Positions 37,214 to 48,270 of a stretch of DNA of 64,000 bases are shown in pieces. Below the pieces are notes generated by a model. It was not told where the DNA came from. It ran no database searches and saw nothing but the letters and a program-made list of their open reading frames with translations. Each line of letters begins with the position of its first letter. The stretch's first letter is position 1. The position numbers and the translations under genes are program-made. The stretch covers positions 3,224,001-3,288,000 of the forward strand of contig BQFW01000002.1 of the NCBI GenBank assembly GCA_020891255.1, given 5' to 3'. The DNA is from Entomortierella parvispora E1425. Lineage: Eukaryota > Fungi > Mortierellomycota.

Positions 37214-37669
37214 TCAAAGCGTGGCCAACATGGCGCCGACGGCGACCAAACCCGAGAAACCCACTAAAGAAGTCGAGTAAGGGGCCAAAGAGGAAGCAGC
37301 GCTGGTAGAAGGTCCCATGTTGGCCATGGCAGTACCATTGCAGTACATGGCGTACATTGACTGGTAAACACTGACAACCGAGCTAAGATCCAAACCAGGG
37401 CATTGACCCTTGCAGCCGTCAAAGACAGATTCACCCTTGAAGCCCAAGTTGCACAAGCACTGCTGGTAGTTCTTGGGATATTGACTAAAGCTATCGGCCT
37501 TCTTGGTCAAGTCCAGTCCTCCACAGCTGGGGACGGCATGGGTCGCGTCGTTGAGGCATCCTTGGCAGATTTGTTGTTGGGCCGAAACCACCGAGGTTTG
37601 GAGAAGGGCACAGATCATGAAGAGAGTGGCGATCAAAGTCGCAGTTGAAAATGAAAAGGTGGAACGCAT
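37214..37669 (-). CDS. Small secreted, probably GPI-anchored 8-Cys protein
   Basis: Signal peptide, CxxC...C...CxC...CxxxC...C, then an S/A-rich linker and a hydrophobic C-terminus (LVGFSGLVAVGAMLATL). Confidence 0.75.
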   Translation of the reverse strand: MRSTFSFSTATLIATLFMICALLQTSVVSAQQQICQGCLNDATHAVPSCGGLDLTKKADSFSQYPKNYQQCLCNLGFKGESVFDGCKGQCPGLDLSSVVSVYQSMYAMYCNGTAMANMGPSTSAASSLAPYSTSLVGFSGLVAVGAMLATL

Positions 37670-38267
37670 CTTTGTTTATGGGTAGATAGGGTATACGAGT
37701 GAGAACGGAAAGTAAAAAGTGGAACAAGAGGGGGACTTGGAGAGCTGAGGTGCGAATGGCCGGGGAGGTCGAGGTATTTATGTTCGCCTGCGGGTGGCAG
37801 ACTTGAAGAATGGGTTCATATTCGCCCTTGGAGGCCAAGCAGAAGTTTCTTGGACGTTTTCTTTTTTTTTCTTTTTGCCTGTTCAGATTTTGATGCCTGT
37901 TCAGATTTTGAGCTCACACTCACAACAATGCTCTCGTTCCTCGGTACGCTGAGATTCATCTCCGGGGCTGTCAACTCCTGCCAGAGTTAGGTTTGGGGTT
38001 CTCTTTTTTTTCACAAGGCAGGTGAAGAATCAAAATTTCTTTGGAGAGCAACAATGGACGGGCGATGAATGTCATTTTTCAGTGCCAGATCAGGTAAACG
38101 CATCTTGCACCGCCCAATTTGCGCCCCCCGGGGAAGCGGCCGCCCAGGGTGCCATGAGGATCCAGGGATATAAGGATTCAAGGAATGTGTAAAAAAACAT
38201 TACAATGGGCAGGGCAGACAGCCCTTTATATATTTTCAGAAATAGCCAGAGAAACACCCTCCCTAAT

Positions 38268-40664
38268 TTAAACGGCAGTCGTAGACGCCCTTCGCGTCGC
38301 TGCCCTGTACATACCACCAAACACATCCTTGATGGCCCTTCTTGACTCCCAAATGGGATATATCGTCACTGCAATGGTAGAGAAGATGGCCCAGACGATG
38401 CTCATAATGACCCATCCTGTATAGAAACCCCGCGTGAAAACGTACTTTGAAAAGAACATGGGCAGAGGCCACAAGAGGATCAAGATCACGGTCAAGACGC
38501 CAGAACTCCATCGGGCGAATCGAGAGGCCTTGGCCAACTTTGCGTCCTCCTCTGCATCAAACTTCCAACCTCCAACCGGCTTCGTGATCTCCACCTTGGC
38601 TGCAGTGTTCGTCTTCTTCTCATCGCCCATGATGTCCTCGGATGAGAAGTCCTCGGATGAGTTGTTGCTTCCAGGTGTTCCAACAGCATCGTCCGTTACT
38701 TGCTTCAGAGACCGGGTCGCCTCAAACGTGTAATTATCGGGCTTTAACAATGAGAGTACGACCGAGATCGTGCCACCGCCGAGCAACGCACCCAAGTTAC
38801 CAGCCAACATGGCCTGATCCGTGCCAGTGGATGTCAAGGTGATCTCACCCGAGTAGAGCTTGGCGCAGACCAACCAGGCCGTGATCGAGATGCAGAGACC
38901 ACCGATGGGGGCTGCAATAGCAGCCTGAAGACTTTGCTTCTTCCACAAGAGCGAGAACGTTACGGGCACGACAGCCGACGAGATCAGCACTCCCATCTAT
39001 GTGTTTGTTCCATTTCGCAGTATTGTTTGTCAGCTTAGAAGGTTCTCTTCTTTCTCTTCTTTCTTCATTTCTGGTTCCTGGTTTGCACGTTGACGGAGAA
39101 AACGGTCATCTTACCAGTGAATAAAGGTAACCAAGATCAATACCGACTTCTTTGAGGATAACGGCCAATACGCCCATCATCAAACCGAATCCGCCCACGA
39201 CACTATGCGACACACGGATCAGTTGCTTTCCAGTCGCCATTGGGTTGATATAGGTCCTGTAGATATCAAAGGTGCACACCGAACTCACAGCAATCAACTC
39301 AGCACTGGCAGCCGAGGTAACAGCCATAAAGACCAAAAGCAGAACTGCCACCGCGCCTCCATGACCCAAGAGGGCCACTGCGGCGTTCGGTGCCACCAAT
39401 CCTGCCGAGACATCCGAGGCCGAGAGACGAAGAGGAAAAGTAGGGAATCTTGGGTTTGATTCCAAGGCGACGGCCGAGATACCCAAGGTGGTGGCCAAGG
39501 TGAAAGGGATGGCGAACCAAGAGAGACCTCCGATCAAGTAGGCTTTGACAGTAGAATGCGGCGAGGATGCGATGGCACGCTGCCAGTACGCGTTATCGAT
39601 AAAGACGGTGCCAAAGTTGGAGCAAAGGTTGATGATGCCAAACATGAGACCCTGAGAAGAGGACATGGTCAGGTAGCTTCCCTCATGGTTTCCACTGACA
39701 GGATGCAGGGTCGACGCCGCTTGTAGGAGCTCAAACATTTTTCCGGGAGATCCGATGAGGTCTGAGGTGGTGTAGGCAGTGAAGCTGAAAAGGAGGACGA
39801 TGATCATGATTACGACCGTGTGCGTGTAGTCGGCGATAAAAGTGGCCTTCAGGCCTCCAAAGAGGGTGTAAATGATCACACCCAGGGGCAACAGGAAGCA
39901 GGCTGCGATGGTATTCATTCCCGTCAAGGCCGTCACCACCGCCGATCCGCCCAGTAGCAACATGGCACTGACAATGATGTTGGTCAGCAACCCAAAGAAG
40001 AGGAAAACGTAATGAGCCTTGGGACCGTAACGGATCGAGATGATCTCCAAGAACGTGTGAGCATTGGGACACTTGCGTTTCAACTCAATGGCCAGCACAG
40101 AGAACAACAGGACCTAAAAAGACAAAGACAGTGTGGGGGGGAATCGTCGGAGGTTGGAGGTATGAGTTTCTCCTCCATCTTACTCTCACGGGTAGCCATG
40201 TAGTTATTTTTTCTTCTCCTGGAACGTGGAGATCTTAAAAAAAGTGGGTTTCGTCCGTTACCTGGACACAGGCACCTGAGGCATACCAGAATGGCCCAGA
40301 GATTCCGTATTTGTAGGCGACAGAGGAGGATTGGAGCAATGTGGCGGCCCAAGTCCAGGAAGAGACCACGGCGGAGGCTACCAATCCTGTCTTGACATTA
40401 CGACCTGCGGCCATGTATTCCTCTGAGGTGACTCTCTCGTTCAAGAAACGCTTCTGGATGGTCGTGATCAAGGTCATCAGCGCCGCAAATACGAGACCGA
40501 ATCCCAGCACTGTCGAGAGGAGAGAATAAAAAACGTCAAGACCTTCTTCTGAAGCCGGTCCAAAGAAGCCTAAAAGGACTATCGAGGTCCCTCTGCTGAA
40601 AGTTCCGTAGATCTGTTTCCTTACCGATGCCATATCCAAAACCTTCGCTCAAAATGGCAACCAT
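38268..40664 (-). CDS. DUR3: Urea/polyamine active transporter (sodium:solute symporter family)
   Basis: Start MVAILSEGFGYGI. Motifs SEEYMAAGRNVKTGLVASAVVSSWTWAATLLQSS, YGISGPFWYASGA, GGLKATFIADYTHT, FGTVFIDNAYWQRAIA and FMAVTSAASAELIAVSS. Confidence 0.95.
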
Positions 40665-41964
40665 GGGTGATGAGGACGAGGAGGACAAAGTTGGCGAGAA
40701 GGATTAATTCGGTAGGAGAAGAAAGAGGTAACTTTGAATATTGGCGAGGACGATCTGGTGAATATAAGCTTACAGCCCCTTGACGAAAGAGCAGAAGGAG
40801 AGGGGGAGAGACGGTAACAAAAAAGATAATCAAGGGTGCAAAAAAAAAAAAAAAAAATGAACGGAGAGAAGGAGGGGAGGAGAAAAGATGGGGAGGTGAG
40901 ATGGTGTTTTTCTGCTCGGCAAGGGTGCATGAGCTTGCTCCTTTTATACTGTAAGCAAAGCATTCTCGTTAGATTAGAAGTGGTGGTAGAGATGATGAAT
41001 GGTGTGTGCATCAACGGTGCGATGCGGGCTGACGAGAACGTCGCGTTCGCGCATGCATGTGTTGTACTTTAATTTCTTTGCCTCGAGGTCAACAGATAGG
41101 TGATTCGATCTGACTTGTCTTTTTTTCGGAATTGGCTCTATGATGGGGGAAGAGGCTTGCAGTGAAAAAGGATTCATCCTGCAGGCATGCTGGTGCTCAA
41201 CAAAGATAGATCTCGGGTTTTCCGGACTGTTTGTTGTCTTCAACGTCGTGCACGTTTGCATGTCCATCACAGCAACGACTAATTCTCCGCAGGGGGAGAA
41301 AGCACGACAGGCTGAAAAATCCGGATCCGGCCAAAAGTGCGGGGTAACCAGGGCCAGAGACCTCCTAATCTGAGAGCAACGCAGACGATGAGGAAAATTC
41401 GGAAGAGAAAAGACCACATAAAAAGATGGATTGGGAGCGCGTGTTTGGGATCGCCTTCTCTGTCGCCCGACTGATCCGTGGACATCATTCGCCAGAGAGG
41501 CGTTTTTTCCAATTGAGCATGTCTGTGAAACCATCCTGGTGCACCCTTTTCTCTCGTTTCCACATGCTGTTAGAAGGGAAGCCCTAAACCCGTGAGTGCG
41601 GCGCTCATAAATTTTCTGCTGGGTTGTTCGTGTGCTCGTCTTGTCACAGATAAGTCAACGTGTTTGATACTGGTCCATCGGAGGGCGCCCTGCATTGGTG
41701 TACAGGGGTGACGAAAAGACAGCCTAGATACTAGATAGGGGATTGTCAAAGGCATGGACTTTTTCCCCGTCTTCGAGATGGTGCCTCGGTGCCCCTTTTC
41801 TTGGTCTGCTGCACAATCAAACACCCTGCACGTCGTCCTTGTAGATTGTCAAGCATCTCTACCTAGGACCGAGGACGTTTCGAAGAATGAAAAGAAATCG
41901 ATGACAACAAGTTCATTGAGACCGTAAATGAGTCGCCAATGGCCCCACAGCCCGGATGGAGAGT

Positions 41965-43056
41965 TTATTCTATGTATGTAGAGTACAGTTCTTCGCCATC
42001 CTGCACCTCCCGCGTTGTCACCAGAACTACTGTTCGGAGCGAATCCAAGCCCGTCTCATTGCCTTGTCCCGCCTCTTCGCCTTCTAGATCATGATACGAG
42101 TGCCAATCGCCTGCCTGCCAAAGATTGGGCAAGAACTGCTGTAGTTCTAGAGGACAGTCCCTGGACCGAAAGTCCAACTCCTGATACCGTACATTGGACA
42201 TGAACTGACGCGTGCCATTGTTCACGATCTGTCCTACTGCCAGAGGGTTCTTTAGTACTTGCTCCGTCGAGATCTGAGCTGTGGTCGCATCGGTTGAGTT
42301 GGCAGTGGCGATTGTGCTCGCCCAAGGAAACATCCAGGTCGTGTCAGCTGTAGGCGTGATCCCCGGATAGTTATCTCTGGCATTGACAGACCGATAGAAA
42401 TAGCCCGAGAGTCCTTGAGACTTGGCGTCGACAAAGATCCCGTCGTTGCACTTTAGGATGTAACGATTGTGGATCGAGTTGAAAAAAATAGCCTCGCCCG
42501 GTCGATAAAGAAGTCCAGGGTACATGCCTACGATCGTCCCTGGGGGTATACCCCTGCCGCTTCCTTTGTGATGATTTTCCGGTGCAGTAGCCTGTATTGT
42601 TGCTGGTATTGTTGACGAAATTGTTGCCTCCTCTACTCGACTGAGTGCCTGTGCTTCTTGAAGGCCATAGTCTTGTCCGCCAGGGCGATGGATCTTTAGA
42701 AAGACACCCAAGCCTGCCTGTGGGATGCTGGAGGTCTGGACGTGGAGAGTATAGCCAAGGTAGCTTGAGGACGCCTCAGTTCGGAAGGGATGCCCAACTC
42801 GGTGTCCATGGCTATGGGTATCATTTTGTTTGTCTTTCAATACGCGAAAGAAATTGACTAGGAAGATCCGGGCTTTGTCGGGGTCAAAAACAGCCAAGGG
42901 CGACTCGGGTGTGACTGAGCTGGAGGGACCAATACGGCGCGGCGACGATGGTCGGGCGCGTTGGACCAGGAGCTTCAGTGCCTGGTATGGATAAAAGCGA
43001 TGCACAAAGTCCCTCATGATTAGAATCGACTCGGCTGCATGGAGACAGTTGCACAT
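41965..43056 (-). CDS. SETD9: SETD9-like SET-domain protein (intronless)
   Basis: SSIPQAGLGVF, GTIVGMYPGLLY...IFFNSIHNRYILKCNDGIFVD, NPLAVGQIVNN, NVRYQELD, and LRTVVLVTTREVQDGEELYSTY follow the recalled human SETD9 sequence in order. The start may be 43017. Confidence 0.8.
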   Translation of the reverse strand: MCNCLHAAESILIMRDFVHRFYPYQALKLLVQRARPSSPRRIGPSSSVTPESPLAVFDPDKARIFLVNFFRVLKDKQNDTHSHGHRVGHPFRTEASSSYLGYTLHVQTSSIPQAGLGVFLKIHRPGGQDYGLQEAQALSRVEEATISSTIPATIQATAPENHHKGSGRGIPPGTIVGMYPGLLYRPGEAIFFNSIHNRYILKCNDGIFVDAKSQGLSGYFYRSVNARDNYPGITPTADTTWMFPWASTIATANSTDATTAQISTEQVLKNPLAVGQIVNNGTRQFMSNVRYQELDFRSRDCPLELQQFLPNLWQAGDWHSYHDLEGEEAGQGNETGLDSLRTVVLVTTREVQDGEELYSTYIE

Positions 43057-45119
43057 TGATCGCCCTCATCAGAAAAAGGGCCGCATGTTGTACCCTTAAG
43101 ACAGCGCAACTTGCCTGCTCACATGGTGGCGCCGGGACGCCCAAATCACTCGCGTTCCCTTGAACCGTGCCACTTGAGGTGCCCAGGTCTGGCTACTCCA
43201 CGGATACAGCATGGACAAACTCGATCAAAGTCGGCGGTGAACGTCTGTCCGCCCTTCTGTCGGAGTCATGTTGCCGCAGGGTATCACGCCAAAAAAAAAG
43301 TCGCGGTTCCAATGAAGTTGCCACCAAAATTAAACACATGGATGAGAAAGGGACAATGAGGAACGACATGCGCGGTCAAGTGCAACAAAAGGTCAATGAG
43401 GATCCATGATCCATGAGACTGGGCAAGAGAGGCAACAATGGAGGGAGGGAAGGGACCCTTGCCCAGGGAAACAAAACAAAAGGGCGGCCCACCGGCGTCC
43501 CGGTGAGCATGGGGGCTAGCAAAGGCCTTTCGACCCTCTCCCACCGTACGACTTGTCTCCGCCAAATGCATATACGGCAACCCAGTAGACATGATCAGAA
43601 TCTCCACAACTCCTGGGCAGATTCCTTCAGACTTATCTAATATTTCTATGTCTCCTTTTACATATTTATAGGCAAGTTCTGTGGACGAAACACATTTGCG
43701 GTACCAGCCTGCAATTTGGTAAAATGATTTCAATCGAGGTGCAAAGACAGTCAAAAGGCATGGTGCAAGTGGCTTGCGTGCAACGGTGCATTGGTGCAAT
43801 GGTGCGATACGCGTGTGTGCGGCACGTGCACTCTGGGCTTGAGGGGAGAGTCAGAAAGTGGTACCCGTCAGCTCTGTCTCTAAAGTTCTCGGCGACGGGG
43901 CGTCGGAGCGATGAGCGGCGAACGGCTGCATGACCGCGCCAGAAAGGATAATCAAATGGTGAGGGTTGCATTCCACCATGGCTCATTCGAATCAACAGCA
44001 TCCTCGTTTTTGTGCGTGAAGGACACGCCATGTCAACAATGACGCGGTCAAAGAGGACTCTTTTGTTTTCATGCCCGATATACCCACGCAGAAGCTGTTC
44101 TTCGGAGGGGATGCCTTTTGCACCAGATCTGGGCAGACAGAGTACCCTGAGAGATCCTCCTTCCTGCCTTGGCAAGCACTGATTCTCAAGTGATAAGAGA
44201 GGAGAGAATCGAAGCATAGGACACAAAAACAACAAGGATCAGGAATGATTTTCTATCTAATTCGTGATATTCCCTCTCGTCTCGTTTTTACCGCAACTCC
44301 ATCTCTGTTGCTTTCAGGTCCTTGGCACTCGTCTAGGGGTGTCTTCTGTTCCTTGGCACTTACCGAGAGGCCATCCCAGCAGGGGGTGGTGCATGGAAGC
44401 ACGGACGGATGGTGGCATTTTTAAGGGGCCTATATATGAATTTCATAAATGCGCTCTTTTTTCGTTCGTCGTTTTTTCTGCACGCTCTCTTTGTCTTCAC
44501 TTCTGATGATAGCATGGTAAGTGCCTTCCTTGAACATCCTTCTTTGTTCCTCGATGTTGTTGTTTCTGTGTGTATGTCCTTGCTCTACCGTCACCGCCCC
44601 ATTTCCTTCGTTCTCGGTCACTCTTTTTTTTGTAATGCTCATGCTTTCATGCCATTCGACATTTTCCCACACGCGTCATGTCATGTCGACTGCGCCATTC
44701 ACCTCAAGTTGCTGATTTCGCTGTTTCTTTCAACCTGCTTTCCTTCGAAATAGCCGTATCTTTAGGTCTGACCCAGAGCATCTCCCTTTGGCAAGCATGG
44801 CGCGCTTGCAGTGGTTCTTTTGGTAAGTTGTGGCCCAGTTGTGGCCCCTTGTTCACCTTTTGTGGATGGATGCCAGGTGGTCGACTGTGTTTCTCACAAG
44901 TCCTTGCTATCATTTCACTTCATCTTGAGCACTCTGCAGACCCCCATCGCATCGGCTGGCTCCGTTGCACAGCGCCGCTCCCTCGCCGTTGGCCGTTGAA
45001 CAAGTTAAGTTACTGTGGTTCTCCCCCCCTTTGCCCTTCCACCTCTTTTCTTTCTATGATCTCTCCTTCGGACCCATATCTGCTGAGAGAGGTTGAAAGG
45101 GGCTTTTCGTGTTTCTTAT

Positions 45120-46246
45120 CCTGGCAACGGGAGACGGAAGCGTGATTTGCAACTTGTGGCCCAACTGCCGTTTTCTGGCGACGGAATCCGGAAGGTGGAC
45201 TAGAGGCCTGCGAGCGATGCTGTCGTATTCCTGGCAACGGGGAAACAAAGCATGGCGAACCCTTTTATCCCATTATAGTCCATGGGTTCATCTATCATGA
45301 CTGTGGCTATCCACCTCGTGTGTTCGTCAACACCTTTGCCTCCGGGTAATGGCATCGTGTCGGGCACACAGCCGCCGGTGTCCTTTGCGACGCTGATGGT
45401 TCTCCCCCTTTGCGGCTGTCATTCGTTTAAAGGCGTTTGGGGGCCTACCTTGGGTGTTAATAGCAAGCGGGAAAGGGACCCAAGGCGAATCCTTCAACAT
45501 GGAACCACCCTTGGGTCTTGGCACTCACCGCGAGAAATGCTGGTGATAGCAGAGTACCCTCCCTTCGGGTTGAAGGTGTTCTCTATTTGGTGCAATCCAG
45601 GACCAACAAGCAACTCTTTCCGTCAAACGTCCGATCGTCTTGTTGGTCGAGCCGAGCCGTCGTTCCCTGGCAACGGGGAGCAAAGCTTGGCAATACCATT
45701 TTAGTCCTTTGTTCATATATCATGAGCGAGGCTAACCCCGTACGGTGCAGCAGCCCTTTGCCGGCAACGGAAATCGAAGCGTCGTACCGTACAGCCATAT
45801 ACTAGCAGCCCTTTGCTGGCACTGGATTGCCGTGCCAGGAATCGAAGCGTATATATGGTTTTTTCACTCCCTCGAGTCCACCAAGCTCCTCAACAGAGCC
45901 GTGGACCGTCCTTTTTTTCAAATCCTTGGTAGTTCAGACCTGCTTTTGAGCTCTCTGTTCTATCAAGGTACCCTGGAGATTTCACGTCTTTCCGCTTGGG
46001 AGTTTGGGAAGTGAAGCGTGGTCTTTACCCCCCTAGATCGTGAAGCGCTCTTCCCTCGGGGATAGGAAGTGCGTGGTCTAGAAAGCCAGCAACCTCTTTG
46101 TCATCCCTTTTGTTTTTTATTGCTGATTTCGAAGGACGGACTACGGGTAGTAGTTCTGCATCTGTTTCGTTTTGTCTGGGACAGGAAGCAAGCGAAGCTC
46201 CTCTAGACCTTCTCTTCAACAGATGTTGCGTCAATCCTGGCAACAG
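45120..46246 (+). promoter_or_regulatory. Cluster of CCTGGCAACGGG motifs (RFX/X-box half-site-like)
   Basis: Exact 12-mer at 45120, 45230 and 45666. Variants at 45176, 45761 and 46237. Function is inferred only. Confidence 0.35.
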
Positions 46247-46546
46247 GAAGTGCGACGTGGTCTTTGTCTATGATTGCTGGGATTGAGTGGATCAAAACAA
46301 CATTGATCCAAACACTGGTATATGATTATTGACAACTGGCTGGATATAGTGGATAACTCACCTTTGAATCTTCCTGGATAGGTATACCGGGCGGCTGCCA
46401 GATCATCCTGATCTGGTGGCCATGACAATTCAAGAACAGTTGGCTAGGGCGGAGGAGGTTAGGGATGGCGGGTGGGTCTTCCTTCTGCTCTCAGCGGATC
46501 TATTAGCACTACCGATAACATAGCATGCGAGCAAACAACGGCGCGC

Positions 46547-46733
46547 ACCGAAGCAGAACACGAGCAGAAGCGCCTCGAAGCAGAATCCGGGCGGGCCACG
46601 CACTGCAGCAGAATCCGAGCAGACCATGCACCGAAGCAAGGCTCCAGTGAATCACCAAAGCAGAATCCGCGCAGACCATGGACTGAATCAAGATCCTAGT
46701 GAACCACCAAAGCAGAAACCGAGAGACCACAGG
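46547..46733 (+). repeat. Degenerate approximately 27-nt tandem repeat (CACCRAAGCAGAATCCGMGCAGACCATG-like)
   Basis: About six imperfect units starting near 46547, 46577, 46604, 46629, 46653 and 46705. Confidence 0.6.
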
Positions 46734-47239
46734 TATATTGATGGGTAACTGAAATATTCCCTGTTTCGTCCCCTCTTTGTCATCCTATCATGTGTCTATG
46801 ATGATACCCTCGAAACACAGGCGCAGCTTGTATCTGCCAAGATATTGTTCAAGGGCCATCACATCGGGCATCTGTCTGAATTTTTCTCAGCCGTTGCCAC
46901 ATATTTGGTTCTATGGGCACTTACAGCAGTGAGTTCAAAGATATGAAAATAAAGATACAACTTTGAATTGCCCTTCTTCTCTTCCTACATCTCGTGCATT
47001 GCTGACACACGAACCTCTTGGCCAGGGATGCAGAACCAAAAGAGGCGAAGAGAGGGAAGGAGAGAGCAGACAAAAAAAAAAAAAGGGTAGAGATGGGCGC
47101 GCGCCTTCATTCTGTCTCCTTGCACTACCACCCATCTCGTCCTTTGATTCAAAGCAGATGCAGCTTTGCATTGGCTGATGTCAAAAGGGAAAAGGTCCTT
47201 TTCTTCAACATAAACCGGTTCTACTCAGTAGAGTGTAGA

Positions 47240-47975
47240 GTTGGTTCTCAATGAGATAGGATATCTCATCTTGCGTTAGATATGGAAGTGAGGCGCAAAG
47301 CGAAGGGTGTTGTCTATGGAGAGCGCTTGAAAGAGAGGGCCTGACCCTCTCAACGCCGTCCTTGAAAGCGGAGACAGGAAACAGCACGATTGCTTTCGTG
47401 ATCGTGGGCTGCTTGTTCAATTTGGATTCGAATGATGACCTGGCATTCCAGCGGCTGGTACTGAACGCAGCAATGAGCGGCAGGATGACCGACTCTGGTA
47501 ATTTGGATTGCTTGTCTAATATCGACGCGGCTGAAGATCTCACCTCTTGATCTTCATCCTGGAGTGCAACTATGAGGGCTTGGATAGTTGACTCTGGCAA
47601 CACGGTCTGCTCGTTCAAGAGTGATCCTGCTGAACATCCTGCTCTCTAGTTGCCCTTCTTAAGCGCAGAAATCAGGGATAGAGTGGCTGGCTCTGGTAAC
47701 GAGAACTAATTGTCCAGGATCATTGTCACTGAAGACTTGACTCTCCAATTGTCGACGCCGAGTATAGCAACAAGGGCCACCCTGGCCATTTCCGACAATG
47801 CCGCTGCACAGCGGATGACTTCGTCTTCATCATCCAGACGAGTAATAAGGGTATGGATGACTGATTCCGGTGGCGTAGCTTCCATGCTCAATATCAATCT
47901 TGCTGGCAACTTTGGCGCCTCCATCTTTTTCCTTGACAGCCGCAACAAGGGGTTGGATGGCTGACTCCTACATTT
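47240..47975 (-). pseudogene. Dispersed relic of the same NACHT-HEAT NLR family (HEAT repeats plus start of C-terminal domain)
   Basis: ESAIQPLVAAVKEKDGG, PESVIHTLITRLDDEDEVIR, LPESTIQALIVALQDEDQEVRSSAASILDKQ, HPSLCASLPYLTQDEI. Two in-frame TAG stops at Q and W positions, plus a frameshift. Confidence 0.85.
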
Positions 47976-48270
47976 GTCGATCAGACACCTTGGTCAAAAG
48001 AGGCGCCATCAGCACTGCCACCCCCCGATCCTAAACTCCAAATTGATCGATCCCCGGCAAGGGCGCAAAGCTGCGACTTTAGAGAGTCAAGGATCTTCGC
48101 TGACTCCTTGAACGACAAGGCATACCACATTGCAGACGCTGATAATGATGTTGAATCAAGAGATAAATGAATATAGGAAGGCCGTGCAATGCACAAAAAT
48201 GTTTATTGTAAATGCACTTCACTGGATAGGTGGTAAGAGGTGTGGAGCATGATGAGAATGAGGGCTGAAA

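Noticed and set aside
43111-46014. Numerous 60-190-aa ORFs in the SETD9-ULP2 interval
   Set aside because: They overlap on both strands with no domain motifs or consistent exon chain, so they are treated as intergenic or decayed sequence.
24777-47710. RIP-like mutation suggested by C-to-T and G-to-A nonsense changes in the NLR relics
   Set aside because: There are only three events, and they are the commonest routes to stop codons. The transposon TIRs show no such mutations and RIP is not established in this lineage.
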